Virus record (IMG/VR): IMGVR_UViG_2585427784_000004
Location: 1-17,409 of that record
Reading direction: 5' to 3' (one strand)
Origin: a virus
Lineage: Duplodnaviria; Heunggongvirae; Uroviricota; Caudoviricetes
DNA length: 17,409 bases
Every line of letters begins with the position of its first letter. The first letter of the stretch is position 1. Under the pieces are notes generated by a model. It was not told the DNA's origin. It ran no database searches and saw nothing but the letters and a program-made list of their open reading frames with translations. Shown in pieces: positions 1 through 8,265 of the stretch. The translations under genes and the position numbers were made by a program.

Positions 1-1053
1 TTACGGGGTAATGCCACCCGCTGCCGCCACTTTGTCGCCACTTGGCAGCGTTGCCAGAGGATTGAAACGGAGCGCCGTTTCCAGATGATCCGGTGCCAGA
101 TGTGCGTAACGCATAGTCATTTTTATATCGTGGTGTCCGAGAATTTTTTGTAAGGCCAGAATGTTTCCACCCGACATCATGAAGTGCGCCGCAAACGTAT
201 GGCGCAGAACGTGTGTGAGTTGACCGCGAGGGAGCACGATAGACGTTTTTTCCATCACGGATAAAAATTGAAAATAGCAGTCTGTGAAGAAATTGAACCC
301 ATCAAGCGCCATGATCTCTTCGTAAAGCTCTTTACTGATAGGGATGCTTCTGTTTTTCTTCCCCTTCGTTCTTACAAAGGTAATTCGGTATTTGGTCACC
401 TGTGAACGAGTAAGATTTACGGCTTCTCGCCAGCGTGCGCCTGTGCTTAAGCATATCTTAACTACCAGTGCCAGAATTGGGTCCTGACGTTTGCAATCAG
501 CCAGTAATTCAACAATCTGCTCATGGGTAAGCCATGCCATCTCTTTTTCTGCGATGGTGAATTTTCGCATGTTCTCCAGTGGGTTCGGATACGACCATTC
601 GCCCAGGCGGGATAGTTCGCTAAAAACACTACTTAGATAGCTTTGCTCCAGGTTAATGGTGACCGGGCTTGCTCCTTTCTTCCATTTCTCGCTGAAGTAG
701 ATCTCACCTGTCAGGCGTTTATCTCGATAGTGGGCAAACATTTTAGAGGTTAGATCAGTTGCAAGGGGATTGCCCAGAGCGTCAACCATCAGCAGCAATT
801 TGTCATAGACATGCTGCCCAGCAGTCAGTGATTTACCATGTAGTTTGAACCATAGCTCAACCACGTCTTTCAGTGTTCGACGATCCACTGATTCACCTAG
901 CCAGGGCTTTGCTTCGGTTTCTTCCATCGTGTGACGCTCAAAAGCCAGTGCTTCGCCTTTGGTGGCGAATTGTTTACGCACACGACGCCCACTACGTCCG
1001 GCGGGGTAACATTCGCAAAGCCATTTTCCTGTGGTGAGTTTTCGTACAGCCAT
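1..1053 (-). CDS. int: Tyrosine integrase, P2-Int family (site-specific recombinase)
   Basis: Minus-strand ORF ending with TAA (reverse complement of 1-3). Likely start is ATG (rc of 1051-1053) preceded by GGAGGG. Translation MAVRKLTTGKWLCECYPAGRSGRRVRKQF... with LSTGARWREA and HVLRHTFAAHFMMSGGNILALQKILGHHDIKMTMRYAHL (catalytic R-H-R-Y region) resembles P2 Int as I recall it. The 26 codons upstream of MAVRK in the ORF track are probably not translated. Confidence 0.9.
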   Translation of the reverse strand: MAVRKLTTGKWLCECYPAGRSGRRVRKQFATKGEALAFERHTMEETEAKPWLGESVDRRTLKDVVELWFKLHGKSLTAGQHVYDKLLLMVDALGNPLATDLTSKMFAHYRDKRLTGEIYFSEKWKKGASPVTINLEQSYLSSVFSELSRLGEWSYPNPLENMRKFTIAEKEMAWLTHEQIVELLADCKRQDPILALVVKICLSTGARWREAVNLTRSQVTKYRITFVRTKGKKNRSIPISKELYEEIMALDGFNFFTDCYFQFLSVMEKTSIVLPRGQLTHVLRHTFAAHFMMSGGNILALQKILGHHDIKMTMRYAHLAPDHLETALRFNPLATLPSGDKVAAAGGITP

Positions 1054-1241
1054 AAAAAATGCCCTCCAATAGAGAGCATTTTTACTGTATGTATAACCAG
1101 TGTCAATGTATGAAATCCTGCGACCATACATCTCACTGAAGCCATAATGAAGTAGGCTATTCTTTTTGCTATGTGATCATGTAACTTTTGCGGTTAACCT
1201 GTGGCTCATTTTTATTTTAGGCGCAGATATAAAAGCAAAAG

Positions 1242-1433
1242 TTATCGTGAGTTTTTAGTACAGATTTTTTTGGATTTACTAATAGTTCCATCATTGCAAA
1301 CGAATTTGCCATCAGAGGTACAGTGAGAAACACCTCCCTTTTTCCCTGAGCAGGGATAATTTCTAGCATAGGTAGCTAGTGGGTTTAATAACAAAGAACA
1401 TGACAAAACCACAAAAAATACCTTACCAAGCAT
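1242..1433 (-). CDS. Small (63 aa) predicted secreted, Cys- and Lys-rich protein of unknown function, sitting between cI and int
   Basis: ATG (rc of 1431-1433) preceded by GGGAGG with about 5 nt spacing. N-terminal hydrophobic signal-like segment [23 protein letters not shown], then [40 protein letters not shown]. Local DNA is AT-rich relative to int and cI. Confidence 0.5.
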   Translation of the reverse strand: MLGKVFFVVLSCSLLLNPLATYARNYPCSGKKGGVSHCTSDGKFVCNDGTISKSKKICTKNSR

Positions 1434-1448
1434 AATTTCCTCCCGGTA

Positions 1449-2018
1449 CTATTTAACATACTTGACTGTTAAACTTATAATTTTACCAATTATTTCAATG
1501 TCTTCTATCTTACATTCAAAGGCTCTGTTTCCACCCTCGACGAAGATTCTTCCACCGGGTAAACGAGTAATGTCACGGATCGTTATTTCGCCATCAATAC
1601 TTATTACCCATTTACCATCACGTATATCATCAAATTCCTTATCACAAATAAATTCAGAATTATTATCTGTGATTACAAAAAGATTCTTGAATGCCGACGG
1701 TAGAAATTCTCTATCGAAAATATAAAAACCGTCTTCACACAAGGCCCCATCAGATAATACATATTTAGCAACTTCCATAGTATTTGTATTACCTGAAGTT
1801 TGCTTTGAACCATGCCCGGTTGTGAGCCAATTAAGCGAGGTGCCTGTTTCAAGGGCGCACTGGATTACCCATTCTGCTGGGAATGAGTCACGCATGTAGC
1901 GTGTGGCGAGTGTACTTTTAGAGATTCCTAAATGATCGCACAACGCCTGTCGAGTCTTGAATCCATAAGCTTCTACCATGCGCTCTATGGCGCCTCGTCC
2001 GCCTTTCTCCAAATTCAT
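1449..2018 (-). CDS. cI: Phage 186-type CI immunity repressor (N-terminal HTH, C-terminal oligomerisation domain)
   Basis: 189 aa from ATG (rc of 2016-2018) with GGAG upstream. Sequence ...AYGFKTRQALCDHLGISKSTLATRYMR...CALETGTSLNWLTTGHG... fits the Phage_CI_repr family pattern. Divergent from the cox/apl-cII operon. Confidence 0.85.
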   Translation of the reverse strand: MNLEKGGRGAIERMVEAYGFKTRQALCDHLGISKSTLATRYMRDSFPAEWVIQCALETGTSLNWLTTGHGSKQTSGNTNTMEVAKYVLSDGALCEDGFYIFDREFLPSAFKNLFVITDNNSEFICDKEFDDIRDGKWVISIDGEITIRDITRLPGGRIFVEGGNRAFECKIEDIEIIGKIISLTVKYVK

Positions 2019-2042
2019 GGTCACTCCAAGTGAACTTTTATC

Positions 2043-2071
2043 TTGACGATTTCACTGTGCGATCGTATGTT
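2043..2071 (+). promoter_or_regulatory. Candidate rightward lytic promoter (pR-like): TTGACG - 17 nt - TATGTT, in the cI / apl switch region
   Basis: -35 TTGACG at 2043-2048 and -10 TATGTT at 2066-2071. Flanked by inverted hexamers GTGAAC (2030-2035) and GTTCAC (2078-2083) that could be operator half-sites. Position is upstream of apl/cII. Confidence 0.35.
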
Positions 2072-2143
2072 TATGGTGTTCACAAAATACAAACGATCCG
2101 TATTCGTCCTGATTAATCATCATTAAACGAGGAATGTTGCATC

Positions 2144-2365
2144 ATGAGACCTAACATTTCAATCACTCTTACCACGCCTCATGTGACTATTGAACGCTAT
2201 AGCGAGCTGACAGGGCTATCCATCGATACCATCAATGACATGTTGGCTGATGGACGCCTTATCCGTCACCGTCTGCGCAAAGATAAAAAACGCGAAAAAG
2301 TGATGATCAACATAGCAGCAATGACCGTTGATGCGCTTTCAGAATGCAATCTAAACCTTAATTAG
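2144..2365 (+). CDS. Cox/Apl-type excisionase and transcriptional regulator (small DNA-binding protein)
   Basis: 73-aa ORF, first gene of the rightward operon immediately opposite cI. GAGGAA 9 nt upstream of ATG 2144. Basic C-terminal half ([15 protein letters not shown]). Assignment rests on position and size in the 186/P2 switch, not on a verified alignment. Confidence 0.65.
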   Translation: MRPNISITLTTPHVTIERYSELTGLSIDTINDMLADGRLIRHRLRKDKKREKVMINIAAMTVDALSECNLNLN

Positions 2366-2397
2366 TTCGATTCTGAAATACATCAGAGGCATTGACC

Positions 2398-2907
2398 ATG
2401 TTTGATTACCAAGTTTCCAAACATCCACATTTTGATGAAGCCTGTCGTGCATTTGCACTGCGCCACAATCTGGTGCAACTGGCAGAACGTGCAGGCATGA
2501 ATGTGCAGATTCTGCGGAACAAGCTGAACCCAGCTCAGCCTCATTTATTAACCGCACCAGAAATCTGGCTGCTTACCGATCTGACTGAAGATTCAACGCT
2601 GGTAGATGGTTTTCTGGCACAGATTCATTGTCTGCCATGTGTACCGATTAATGAGGTGGCAAAAGAGAAACTGCCACATTACGTCATGAGTGCAACCGCA
2701 GAGATCGGGCGTGTTGCTGCAGGTGCGGTGTCTGGCGATGTAAAAACCTGTGCCGGTCGTCGTGATGCTATCAGCAGCATTAACTCTGTAACACGACTGA
2801 TGGCGCTGGCGGCTGTTTCATTGCAGGCCCGTTTACAGGCTAATCCTGCGATGGCGAGTGCAGTTGATACCGTGACTGGCCTCGGTGCTTCATTTGGTTT
2901 GCTGTGA
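2398..2907 (+). CDS. cII: Phage 186-type CII (lysogeny-establishment transcription activator)
   Basis: 169 aa from ATG 2398 (GAGG 9 nt upstream). Sequence [49 protein letters not shown]...[26 protein letters not shown]... matches my recollection of the 186/Fels-2 CII family. Same size as 186 CII. Confidence 0.8.
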   Translation: MFDYQVSKHPHFDEACRAFALRHNLVQLAERAGMNVQILRNKLNPAQPHLLTAPEIWLLTDLTEDSTLVDGFLAQIHCLPCVPINEVAKEKLPHYVMSATAEIGRVAAGAVSGDVKTCAGRRDAISSINSVTRLMALAAVSLQARLQANPAMASAVDTVTGLGASFGLL

Positions 2908-2914
2908 GGTGCTT

Positions 2915-3115
2915 ATGCTGACGAAAGAACCATCATTTGCATCGCTGCTGGTTAAACAAAGCCCGGCAATGCATTACGGTCACGGCTGGATCATGGGGGA
3001 GGATGGTAAACGCTGGCATCCGTGCCGTTCACAAGATGAATTGCTGGCAGAACTATCTACGAAAAAACGGGGGAACAAATGGCTATTGAAGGCACTGCGG
3101 CGACTGTTCCATTAA
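2915..3115 (+). CDS. Small early-region protein (66 aa); position corresponds to 186 fil (host cell-division inhibitor), identity not verified
   Basis: ATG 2915 preceded by GAGG (2906-2909). The ORF-track start at 2885 is a GTG and less likely. Immediately downstream of cII. Confidence 0.5.
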   Translation: MLTKEPSFASLLVKQSPAMHYGHGWIMGEDGKRWHPCRSQDELLAELSTKKRGNKWLLKALRRLFH

Positions 3116-3420
3116 GCCCCGGTGAACGCCTGAATGGACTTAATCACATTGCGGAGTTAAGGGCGAAAGTTTTTGGCCTGAATATTGAGTCAGAGCTTGA
3201 GCGGTTTATTAAAGATATGCGTGATTCACGGGATATTAATAGCGAACAAAATAAACGGGCACTGGCTGCCATATTCTTTATGGCAAAAATTCCAGCTGAA
3301 CGTCATAGCATCAGCATTAATGAGCTGACCACTGACGAAAAGCGGGAGTTGATTAAAGCAATGAATCATTTTCGTGCAGTGGTGAGCTTATTTCCCAGAC
3401 GGCTAACCATGCCGAATTAA
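3079..3420 (+). CDS. Hypothetical early-region protein (113 aa)
   Basis: ATG 3079 with GGGGGA upstream. Overlaps the 3' end of the preceding ORF by 37 nt in another frame. Protein-like composition (ELTTDEKRELIKAMNHF). No family recognised. Confidence 0.5.
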   Translation: MAIEGTAATVPLSPGERLNGLNHIAELRAKVFGLNIESELERFIKDMRDSRDINSEQNKRALAAIFFMAKIPAERHSISINELTTDEKRELIKAMNHFRAVVSLFPRRLTMPN

Positions 3421-3487
3421 CCAACTAATGAAATTAATGGCGTAAACCCGCCGGGCATCCCTTTATCTAAATTCAGGAGAATTGATT

Positions 3488-3721
3488 ATGCGTAATATTG
3501 AAACCCTCTCGACCAAAACCGGACCGGATGACGCAGGGCTTAATATTTTACTGACAGAGGCTCGTCTGGAAGAACGCCGGGCAAGGGCTGAAGCAATGGC
3601 AGCTCGCCTTGATAGCCTGGCGTGTCATATCACATCCCGCCAGCTAACCCACGTCGAAGCGGCAGAACTGCTTCGTGTGACTGCTGAAGCAATCCAGAAC
3701 GAAGCGCAGGAGATCCACTAA
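3488..3721 (+). CDS. Hypothetical early-region protein (77 aa), predicted helical
   Basis: ATG 3488 with AGGAGA 7 nt upstream. The TTG at 3482 in the ORF track is less likely. Stop TAA overlaps the next start (TAATG). Confidence 0.55.
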   Translation: MRNIETLSTKTGPDDAGLNILLTEARLEERRARAEAMAARLDSLACHITSRQLTHVEAAELLRVTAEAIQNEAQEIH

Positions 3722-3948
3722 TGGCTGATGCAATGGATCTCGTACAGCAGCGCGTTGAAGAAGAACGCCAACGCCATATCCGTGCTGCCCGTGCCAAAAC
3801 GCCGGGCGTGTCCCGCGTGCTTTGCATTGAGTGTGAAGCGCCAATTCCGCCAGCACGCCGCCGTGCCATTCCGGGTGTGCAGCTTTGCATTACCTGTCAG
3901 GAAATCGCAGAGCTGAAAGGCAAACATTACAACGGAGGTGCTGTATGA
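3721..3948 (+). CDS. TraR/DksA-family C4 zinc-finger protein
   Basis: 75 aa with CIEC...16 residues...CITC spacing (CxxC-N17-CxxC-like) typical of the TraR/DksA zinc finger. Start overlaps the upstream stop and the stop overlaps the dam start (ATGA), implying translational coupling. Confidence 0.75.
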   Translation: MADAMDLVQQRVEEERQRHIRAARAKTPGVSRVLCIECEAPIPPARRRAIPGVQLCITCQEIAELKGKHYNGGAV

Positions 3949-4802
3949 GCACCATCCTGAAATGGGCGGGAAATAAAACTGCCATAATGTCCGAACTAAA
4001 AAAACATCTTCCTGCTGGCCCGCGACTGGTTGAACCTTTCGCGGGTTCCTGTGCTGTGATGATGGAGACGGATTATCCCAGCTATCTGGTTGCGGATATT
4101 AATCCTGATTTAATCAACCTCTATAAAAAGGTTGCCGCTGATTGTGAATCGTTTATATCTCGCGCCAGAGTTTTATTTGAGATCGCAAACAGGGAGGTGG
4201 CTTATTACAACATAAGGCAGGAGTTTAATTACTCAACTGAAATTACTGATTTCATGAAAGCGGTATATTTCCTGTATCTCAATCGTCACGGTTACCGTGG
4301 TTTATGTCGCTATAACAAGAGCGGGCATTTCAACATTCCCTACGGTAATTATAAAAATCCATATTTCCCTGAAAAAGAAATTCGCGCATTTGCAGAAAAG
4401 GCCCAGCGAGCAACGTTTATCTGCGCCAGCTTTGATGAAACGCTGGCGATGTTGAAGGCGGGGGATGTGGTGTATTGCGATCCGCCGTATGACGGTACGT
4501 TTTCCGGCTATCACACTGACGGCTTCACTGAAGATGACCAGTATCACCTGGCATCTGTTCTTGAACATCGGTCATCAGAAGGACATCCGGTCATTGTTTC
4601 TAACAGTGACACATCCCTGATCCGTTCGCTGTATCGCAATTTTACTCACCACTACATCAAGGCAAAACGCAGCATCGGTGTGGCAGCTGGCGAGGGTAAA
4701 TCAGCAACAGAAATCATTGCTGTTTCCGGGCCGCGCTGCTGGGTGGGATTTGATTATTCGCGTGGCGTGGATAGTTCTGCCGTGTACGGAGTACGTGCAT
4801 GA
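3945..4802 (+). CDS. dam: DNA adenine (N6) methyltransferase, Dam-like (GATC class presumed)
   Basis: From ATG 3945 (GGAGG upstream): [11 protein letters not shown]... N-terminal motif, catalytic DPPY ([12 protein letters not shown]), and [20 protein letters not shown]. About 285 aa. The 20-codon upstream extension in the ORF track overlaps the TraR gene and is probably untranslated. Confidence 0.85.
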   Translation: MSTILKWAGNKTAIMSELKKHLPAGPRLVEPFAGSCAVMMETDYPSYLVADINPDLINLYKKVAADCESFISRARVLFEIANREVAYYNIRQEFNYSTEITDFMKAVYFLYLNRHGYRGLCRYNKSGHFNIPYGNYKNPYFPEKEIRAFAEKAQRATFICASFDETLAMLKAGDVVYCDPPYDGTFSGYHTDGFTEDDQYHLASVLEHRSSEGHPVIVSNSDTSLIRSLYRNFTHHYIKAKRSIGVAAGEGKSATEIIAVSGPRCWVGFDYSRGVDSSAVYGVRA

Positions 4803-7213
4803 GTCATGCCGATATGAACAACTGCTGCGGCTTTAACGAAGCTGCCGCATCGTTCTCATGGAACAGCTCGAAAAAGGCCATTAACCCTTATCTGGACCCG
4901 GTGGAAGTTGCGCCGGTTTCTACGCTTTCAAACCTGATCACTCTGTACGCTGCCGATAACGAGCAGGAACAGCTGCGCCGTGAGGCGCTGAGTGATCAGG
5001 TCTGGGAGCGTTATTTCTTTAATGAATCCCGTGATCCTGTCCAGCGCGAAATGGAACAGGATAAGCTCATTAGTCGGGCAAAGCTGGCGCATGAGCAGCA
5101 GCGTTTTAATCCGGATATGGTCATTCTGGCGGACGTCAACGCCCAGCCTTCCCATATCAGCAAGCCGCTGATGCAACGTATTGAATACTTCAGCAGCCTG
5201 GGCAGGCCAAAGGCTTATTCCCGCTATTTACGTGAGACGATTAAGCCATGTCTGGAACGACTGGAGCATGTACGCGACAGTCAGCTATCTGCATCTTTTC
5301 GCTTTATGGCAAGCCATGAAGGGCTGGACGGCCTGCTGATCCTGCCTGAAATGAGTCAGGATCAGGTGAAACGCCTGTCCACCCTGGTAGCTGCGCATAT
5401 GAGTATGTGCCTTGATGCCGCTTGTGGCGATTTGTATGCCACCGATGACGTTAAGCCAGAAGAAATCCGCAATACATGGGAAAGGGTGGCAGCGGAAACC
5501 CTGCGTCTGGATGTCATCCCGCCTGCGTTTGAGCAACTCCGTCGGAAAAGAAACCGCCGTAAACCCGTGCCCTATGAACTCATTCCGGGTTCGCTGGCGC
5601 GTATGTTGTGCGCCGACTGGTGGTATCGGAAATTATGGAAGATGCGTTGCGAATGGCGGGAAGAGCAGTTGCGTGCTGTCTGCCTTGTCAGCAAAAAAGC
5701 ATCTCCCTATGTCAGCTATGAAGCCGTGTTGCATAAACGTGAGCAGCGCCGTAAGTCGCTGGAGTTTTTCCGTTCTCATGAACTGGTGAACGAAGACGGC
5801 GACACGCTAGACATGGAGGATGTGGTAAACGCCAGCAGCAGCAACCCTGCGCATCGCCGCAATGAGATGATGGCCTGTGTTAAAGGTCTGGAGCTTATCG
5901 CGGAAATGCGCGGTGACTGCGCCGTTTTCTACACCATCACCTGTCCGTCACGTTTCCATTCCACGCTAAATAACGGCAGGCCCAACCCGACCTGGACAAA
6001 TGCGACGGTAAGACAAAGCAGCGATTATCTGGTCGGTATGTTTGCTGCATTTCGTAAGGCGATGCACAAAGCCGGGTTGCGCTGGTATGGCGTGCGGGTG
6101 GCTGAGCCGCATCACGACGGCACAGTTCACTGGCACCTGTTGTGTTTCATGCGCAAAAAAGACCGCCGCGCCATTACAGCATTGTTGCGTAAGTTTGCTA
6201 TCCGTGAAGACCGCGAGGAGCTGGGCAATAACACGGGGCCGCGCTTTAAGTCTGAGCTGATTAACCCGCGCAAAGGAACGCCGACAAGCTACATAGCGAA
6301 ATACATCAGTAAGAACATTGACGGGCGTGGTCTGGCTGGCGAGATCAGCAAGGAAACGGGTAAATCTCTGCGTGATAACGCTGAATACGTGAATGCCTGG
6401 GCGTCTTTGCATCGTGTTCAGCAATTCCGCTTCTTTGGCATTCCGGGGCGTCAGGCTTACCGTGAACTGCGATTGCTGGCTGGTCAGGCGGTAAGGCAAA
6501 AGGGGGACAAAAAAGCAGGTGCGCCGGTACTGGATAACCCGCGCCTTGATGCCATCCTGGCTGCTGCTGATGCTGGTTGTTTTGCCACCTACATCATGAA
6601 GCAGGGCGGCGTACTGGTTCCCCGTAAATATCACCTCATCAGAACCGCTTATGAAATCAACGAAGAGCCGACCGCCTATGGCGATCACGGCATTCGTATT
6701 TATGGCATCTGGTCACCCATTGCAGAGGGCAAGATCTGCACTCATGCAGTGAAGTGGAAAATGGTTCGTAAAGCCGTTGACGTTCAGGAGGCGGCAGCCG
6801 ACCAGGGCGCTTGCGCCCCTTGGACTCGTGGCAATAACTGTCCCCTTGCTGAAAATTTGAACCAACAAGGGAAAGACAAATCAGCTGATGGGGACTCCAT
6901 AACGGATATTACCCGTATGAATGACAAGGAGTTGCACGATTACCTGCACAGTATGAGCAAAAAAGAGCGCCGGGAACTGGCTGCAAGGTTACGCCAGGTG
7001 AAACCGAAACGGCGTAAAGACTACAAACAGCGAATTACAGACCATCAGCGACAGCAGCTCGTCTATGAACTGAAGTCCAGGGGATTTGATGGCAGCGAGA
7101 AAGAAGTCGATTTGCTCCTTCGCGGCGGCAGTATTCCGTCAGGAGCAGGCCTGCGTATCTTCTATCGGAACCAGCGTCTGAAGGAAGATGATAAGTGGCG
7201 GAACCTGTATTAA
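4799..7213 (+). CDS. Replication initiation endonuclease gpA (rolling-circle HUH nickase, P2/186 A family)
   Basis: 804-aa ORF. HUH-type motif TVHWHLLCF (H-W-H at 6128-6136) and paired catalytic tyrosines YIAKYISK (Tyr codons 6290-6292 and 6302-6304), as in P2 gpA. ATG overlaps the dam stop. Confidence 0.9.
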   Translation: MSHADMNNCCGFNEAAASFSWNSSKKAINPYLDPVEVAPVSTLSNLITLYAADNEQEQLRREALSDQVWERYFFNESRDPVQREMEQDKLISRAKLAHEQQRFNPDMVILADVNAQPSHISKPLMQRIEYFSSLGRPKAYSRYLRETIKPCLERLEHVRDSQLSASFRFMASHEGLDGLLILPEMSQDQVKRLSTLVAAHMSMCLDAACGDLYATDDVKPEEIRNTWERVAAETLRLDVIPPAFEQLRRKRNRRKPVPYELIPGSLARMLCADWWYRKLWKMRCEWREEQLRAVCLVSKKASPYVSYEAVLHKREQRRKSLEFFRSHELVNEDGDTLDMEDVVNASSSNPAHRRNEMMACVKGLELIAEMRGDCAVFYTITCPSRFHSTLNNGRPNPTWTNATVRQSSDYLVGMFAAFRKAMHKAGLRWYGVRVAEPHHDGTVHWHLLCFMRKKDRRAITALLRKFAIREDREELGNNTGPRFKSELINPRKGTPTSYIAKYISKNIDGRGLAGEISKETGKSLRDNAEYVNAWASLHRVQQFRFFGIPGRQAYRELRLLAGQAVRQKGDKKAGAPVLDNPRLDAILAAADAGCFATYIMKQGGVLVPRKYHLIRTAYEINEEPTAYGDHGIRIYGIWSPIAEGKICTHAVKWKMVRKAVDVQEAAADQGACAPWTRGNNCPLAENLNQQGKDKSADGDSITDITRMNDKELHDYLHSMSKKERRELAARLRQVKPKRRKDYKQRITDHQRQQLVYELKSRGFDGSEKEVDLLLRGGSIPSGAGLRIFYRNQRLKEDDKWRNLY

Positions 7214-7307
7214 TTACGCGGGTTAACAATTCGTGCTCTTAATAATACCAGGCATATCAGGCCGATGAACGTAAAAAAACGTTTTACATCAGTAAGATTA
7301 TTATATA

Positions 7308-7323
7308 CTGTAAATATAAACAG
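7308..7323 (+). promoter_or_regulatory. LexA (SOS) box CTGTAAATATAAACAG overlapping the promoter of the tum/dinI-like operon
   Basis: Exact CTGT-N8-ACAG palindrome with an AT-rich centre, 43 bp upstream of the first ORF. -10-like TATACT at 7304-7309 overlaps its 5' edge. Analogous to the LexA-controlled p95-tum arrangement of phage 186. Confidence 0.6.
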
Positions 7324-7365
7324 TGGTTATGCATACAGTATTGTTTTGGTGTCATAGGAGGAAAG

Positions 7366-7554
7366 ATGCAGGACTATTTTTTGGAGTCTTTGAAGCTCCA
7401 GCGCATTGATTTTTTTCTTAAGCTTGTAGCGGCTAGTGAGTGTAGTGATGAAGAGAAGGGGCTGGCTCTGCAGTGGGTTTCTGAACTGACAGATGAACTC
7501 ATGGCAAAAATCAGAAGCCACGAATACAACCGCTCAATGGATGTCATCAGCTGA
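7366..7554 (+). CDS. Small protein (62 aa) in the SOS operon; possibly the N-terminal part of a Tum-like antirepressor
   Basis: ATG 7366 preceded by AGGAGG (7356-7361). Directly downstream of the LexA box. Ends 10 nt before the DinI-like ORF, whose reading frame is already open from 7493. Confidence 0.5.
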   Translation: MQDYFLESLKLQRIDFFLKLVAASECSDEEKGLALQWVSELTDELMAKIRSHEYNRSMDVIS

Positions 7555-7564
7555 GGTGACTTTT

Positions 7565-7798
7565 ATGCGCATTGAAATAATGATCGATAAAGAGCAGAAG
7601 ATTAGCCAGTCTACCCTGGACGCCCTTGAATCCGAGCTTTACCGCAATCTGCGCCCCCTGTATCCCAAAACGGTAATTCGCATTCGCAAAGGTAGCTCTA
7701 ACGGTGTGGAACTAACCGGACTGCAACTGGATGAAGAAAGAAAACAAGTGATGAAAATTATGCAGAAGGTGTGGGAGGACGACAGCTGGCTGCATTAA
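7565..7798 (+). CDS. DinI-family protein (SOS-regulated RecA modulator / Tum C-terminal-like domain)
   Basis: 77 aa from ATG 7565 (GAGGTG 5 nt upstream). MRIEIMIDKEQKISQSTLDALESELYRNL...RKQVMKIMQKVWEDDSWLH aligns by eye with E. coli DinI (MRIEVTIAK...DALAGELSRR...KQRISEILQETWESADDW). Confidence 0.8.
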   Translation: MRIEIMIDKEQKISQSTLDALESELYRNLRPLYPKTVIRIRKGSSNGVELTGLQLDEERKQVMKIMQKVWEDDSWLH

Positions 7799-7806
7799 GA
7801 AACGTT

Positions 7807-7840
7807 GCCCCCAGGAGGATTCATTCTGATGGGGGCTAGT
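7807..7840 (+). terminator. Weak candidate hairpin after the DinI-like gene
   Basis: GCCCCCA (7807-7813) pairs with TGGGGGC (7830-7836) around a 16-nt loop, followed by TAGTTTGG. The loop is long and the U tract poor. Confidence 0.25.
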
Positions 7841-8204
7841 TTGGGTAACGAGTGAAACGAGGCGTAAGGTGGGCGGCCATTTTGATAAGTGATTGTACGA
7901 TTTGTGTTGTGAGTTCAACGGGTCGATGCAACGCTATCCTTAATCAAGGGCACGTTGCTCATACCCATCGATGCAATGAAAATCCATACTCATGGGGAAG
8001 ACCAGAATGTCCCTGCCTTTTTCATTTTGTTCAGCACATGCACTATGGCCATTGCCTTCCCAAGCTAGCTATCGTAATCACTCAGCGTCAGTAAACTACT
8101 GAAAAATTGTTTTACCTTGTATATCAATAATGCCAAATCATACCCAAAAAATAGAAAATAATTAGATCGACAGGCAGAAGGCAATGTGAATAATCTTAAA
8201 AACC

Positions 8205-8234
8205 TTGACTGCCAGTGAGGTTTGGTTCTATAAA
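8205..8234 (+). promoter_or_regulatory. Candidate sigma70 promoter for darT-darG: TTGACT - 18 nt - TATAAA
   Basis: -35 TTGACT at 8205-8210 and -10 TATAAA at 8229-8234, about 30 nt upstream of the darT RBS AAAGGATGAG (8251-8260). Confidence 0.4.
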
Positions 8235-8265
8235 TAGACTTACGACTTTGAAAGGATGAGTTGAA

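Noticed and set aside
1-1131. Longer integrase start (376 aa) given by the ORF track
   Set aside because: The upstream 26 codons (MYGRRISYIDTGYTYSKNALYWRAFF) lack an RBS and are not integrase-like. ATG at 1053 has a GGAGGG Shine-Dalgarno and gives a P2-Int-like N terminus.
4302-4568. 88-aa minus-strand ORF
   Set aside because: Antisense within the dam gene, which has clear methyltransferase motifs on the plus strand.
5966-6688. 240-aa minus-strand ORF
   Set aside because: Lies entirely antisense within gene A. Composition is Arg/Ser/Leu-rich as expected for antisense of a GC-balanced gene, with no RBS. gpA on the plus strand has clear catalytic motifs.
7852-8094. 80-aa plus-strand ORF in the intergenic region before darT
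   Set aside because: Begins at a GTG with no RBS, translation is Cys/His-rich without pattern, and it sits in an AT-rich stretch likely to be regulatory. Treated as non-coding.
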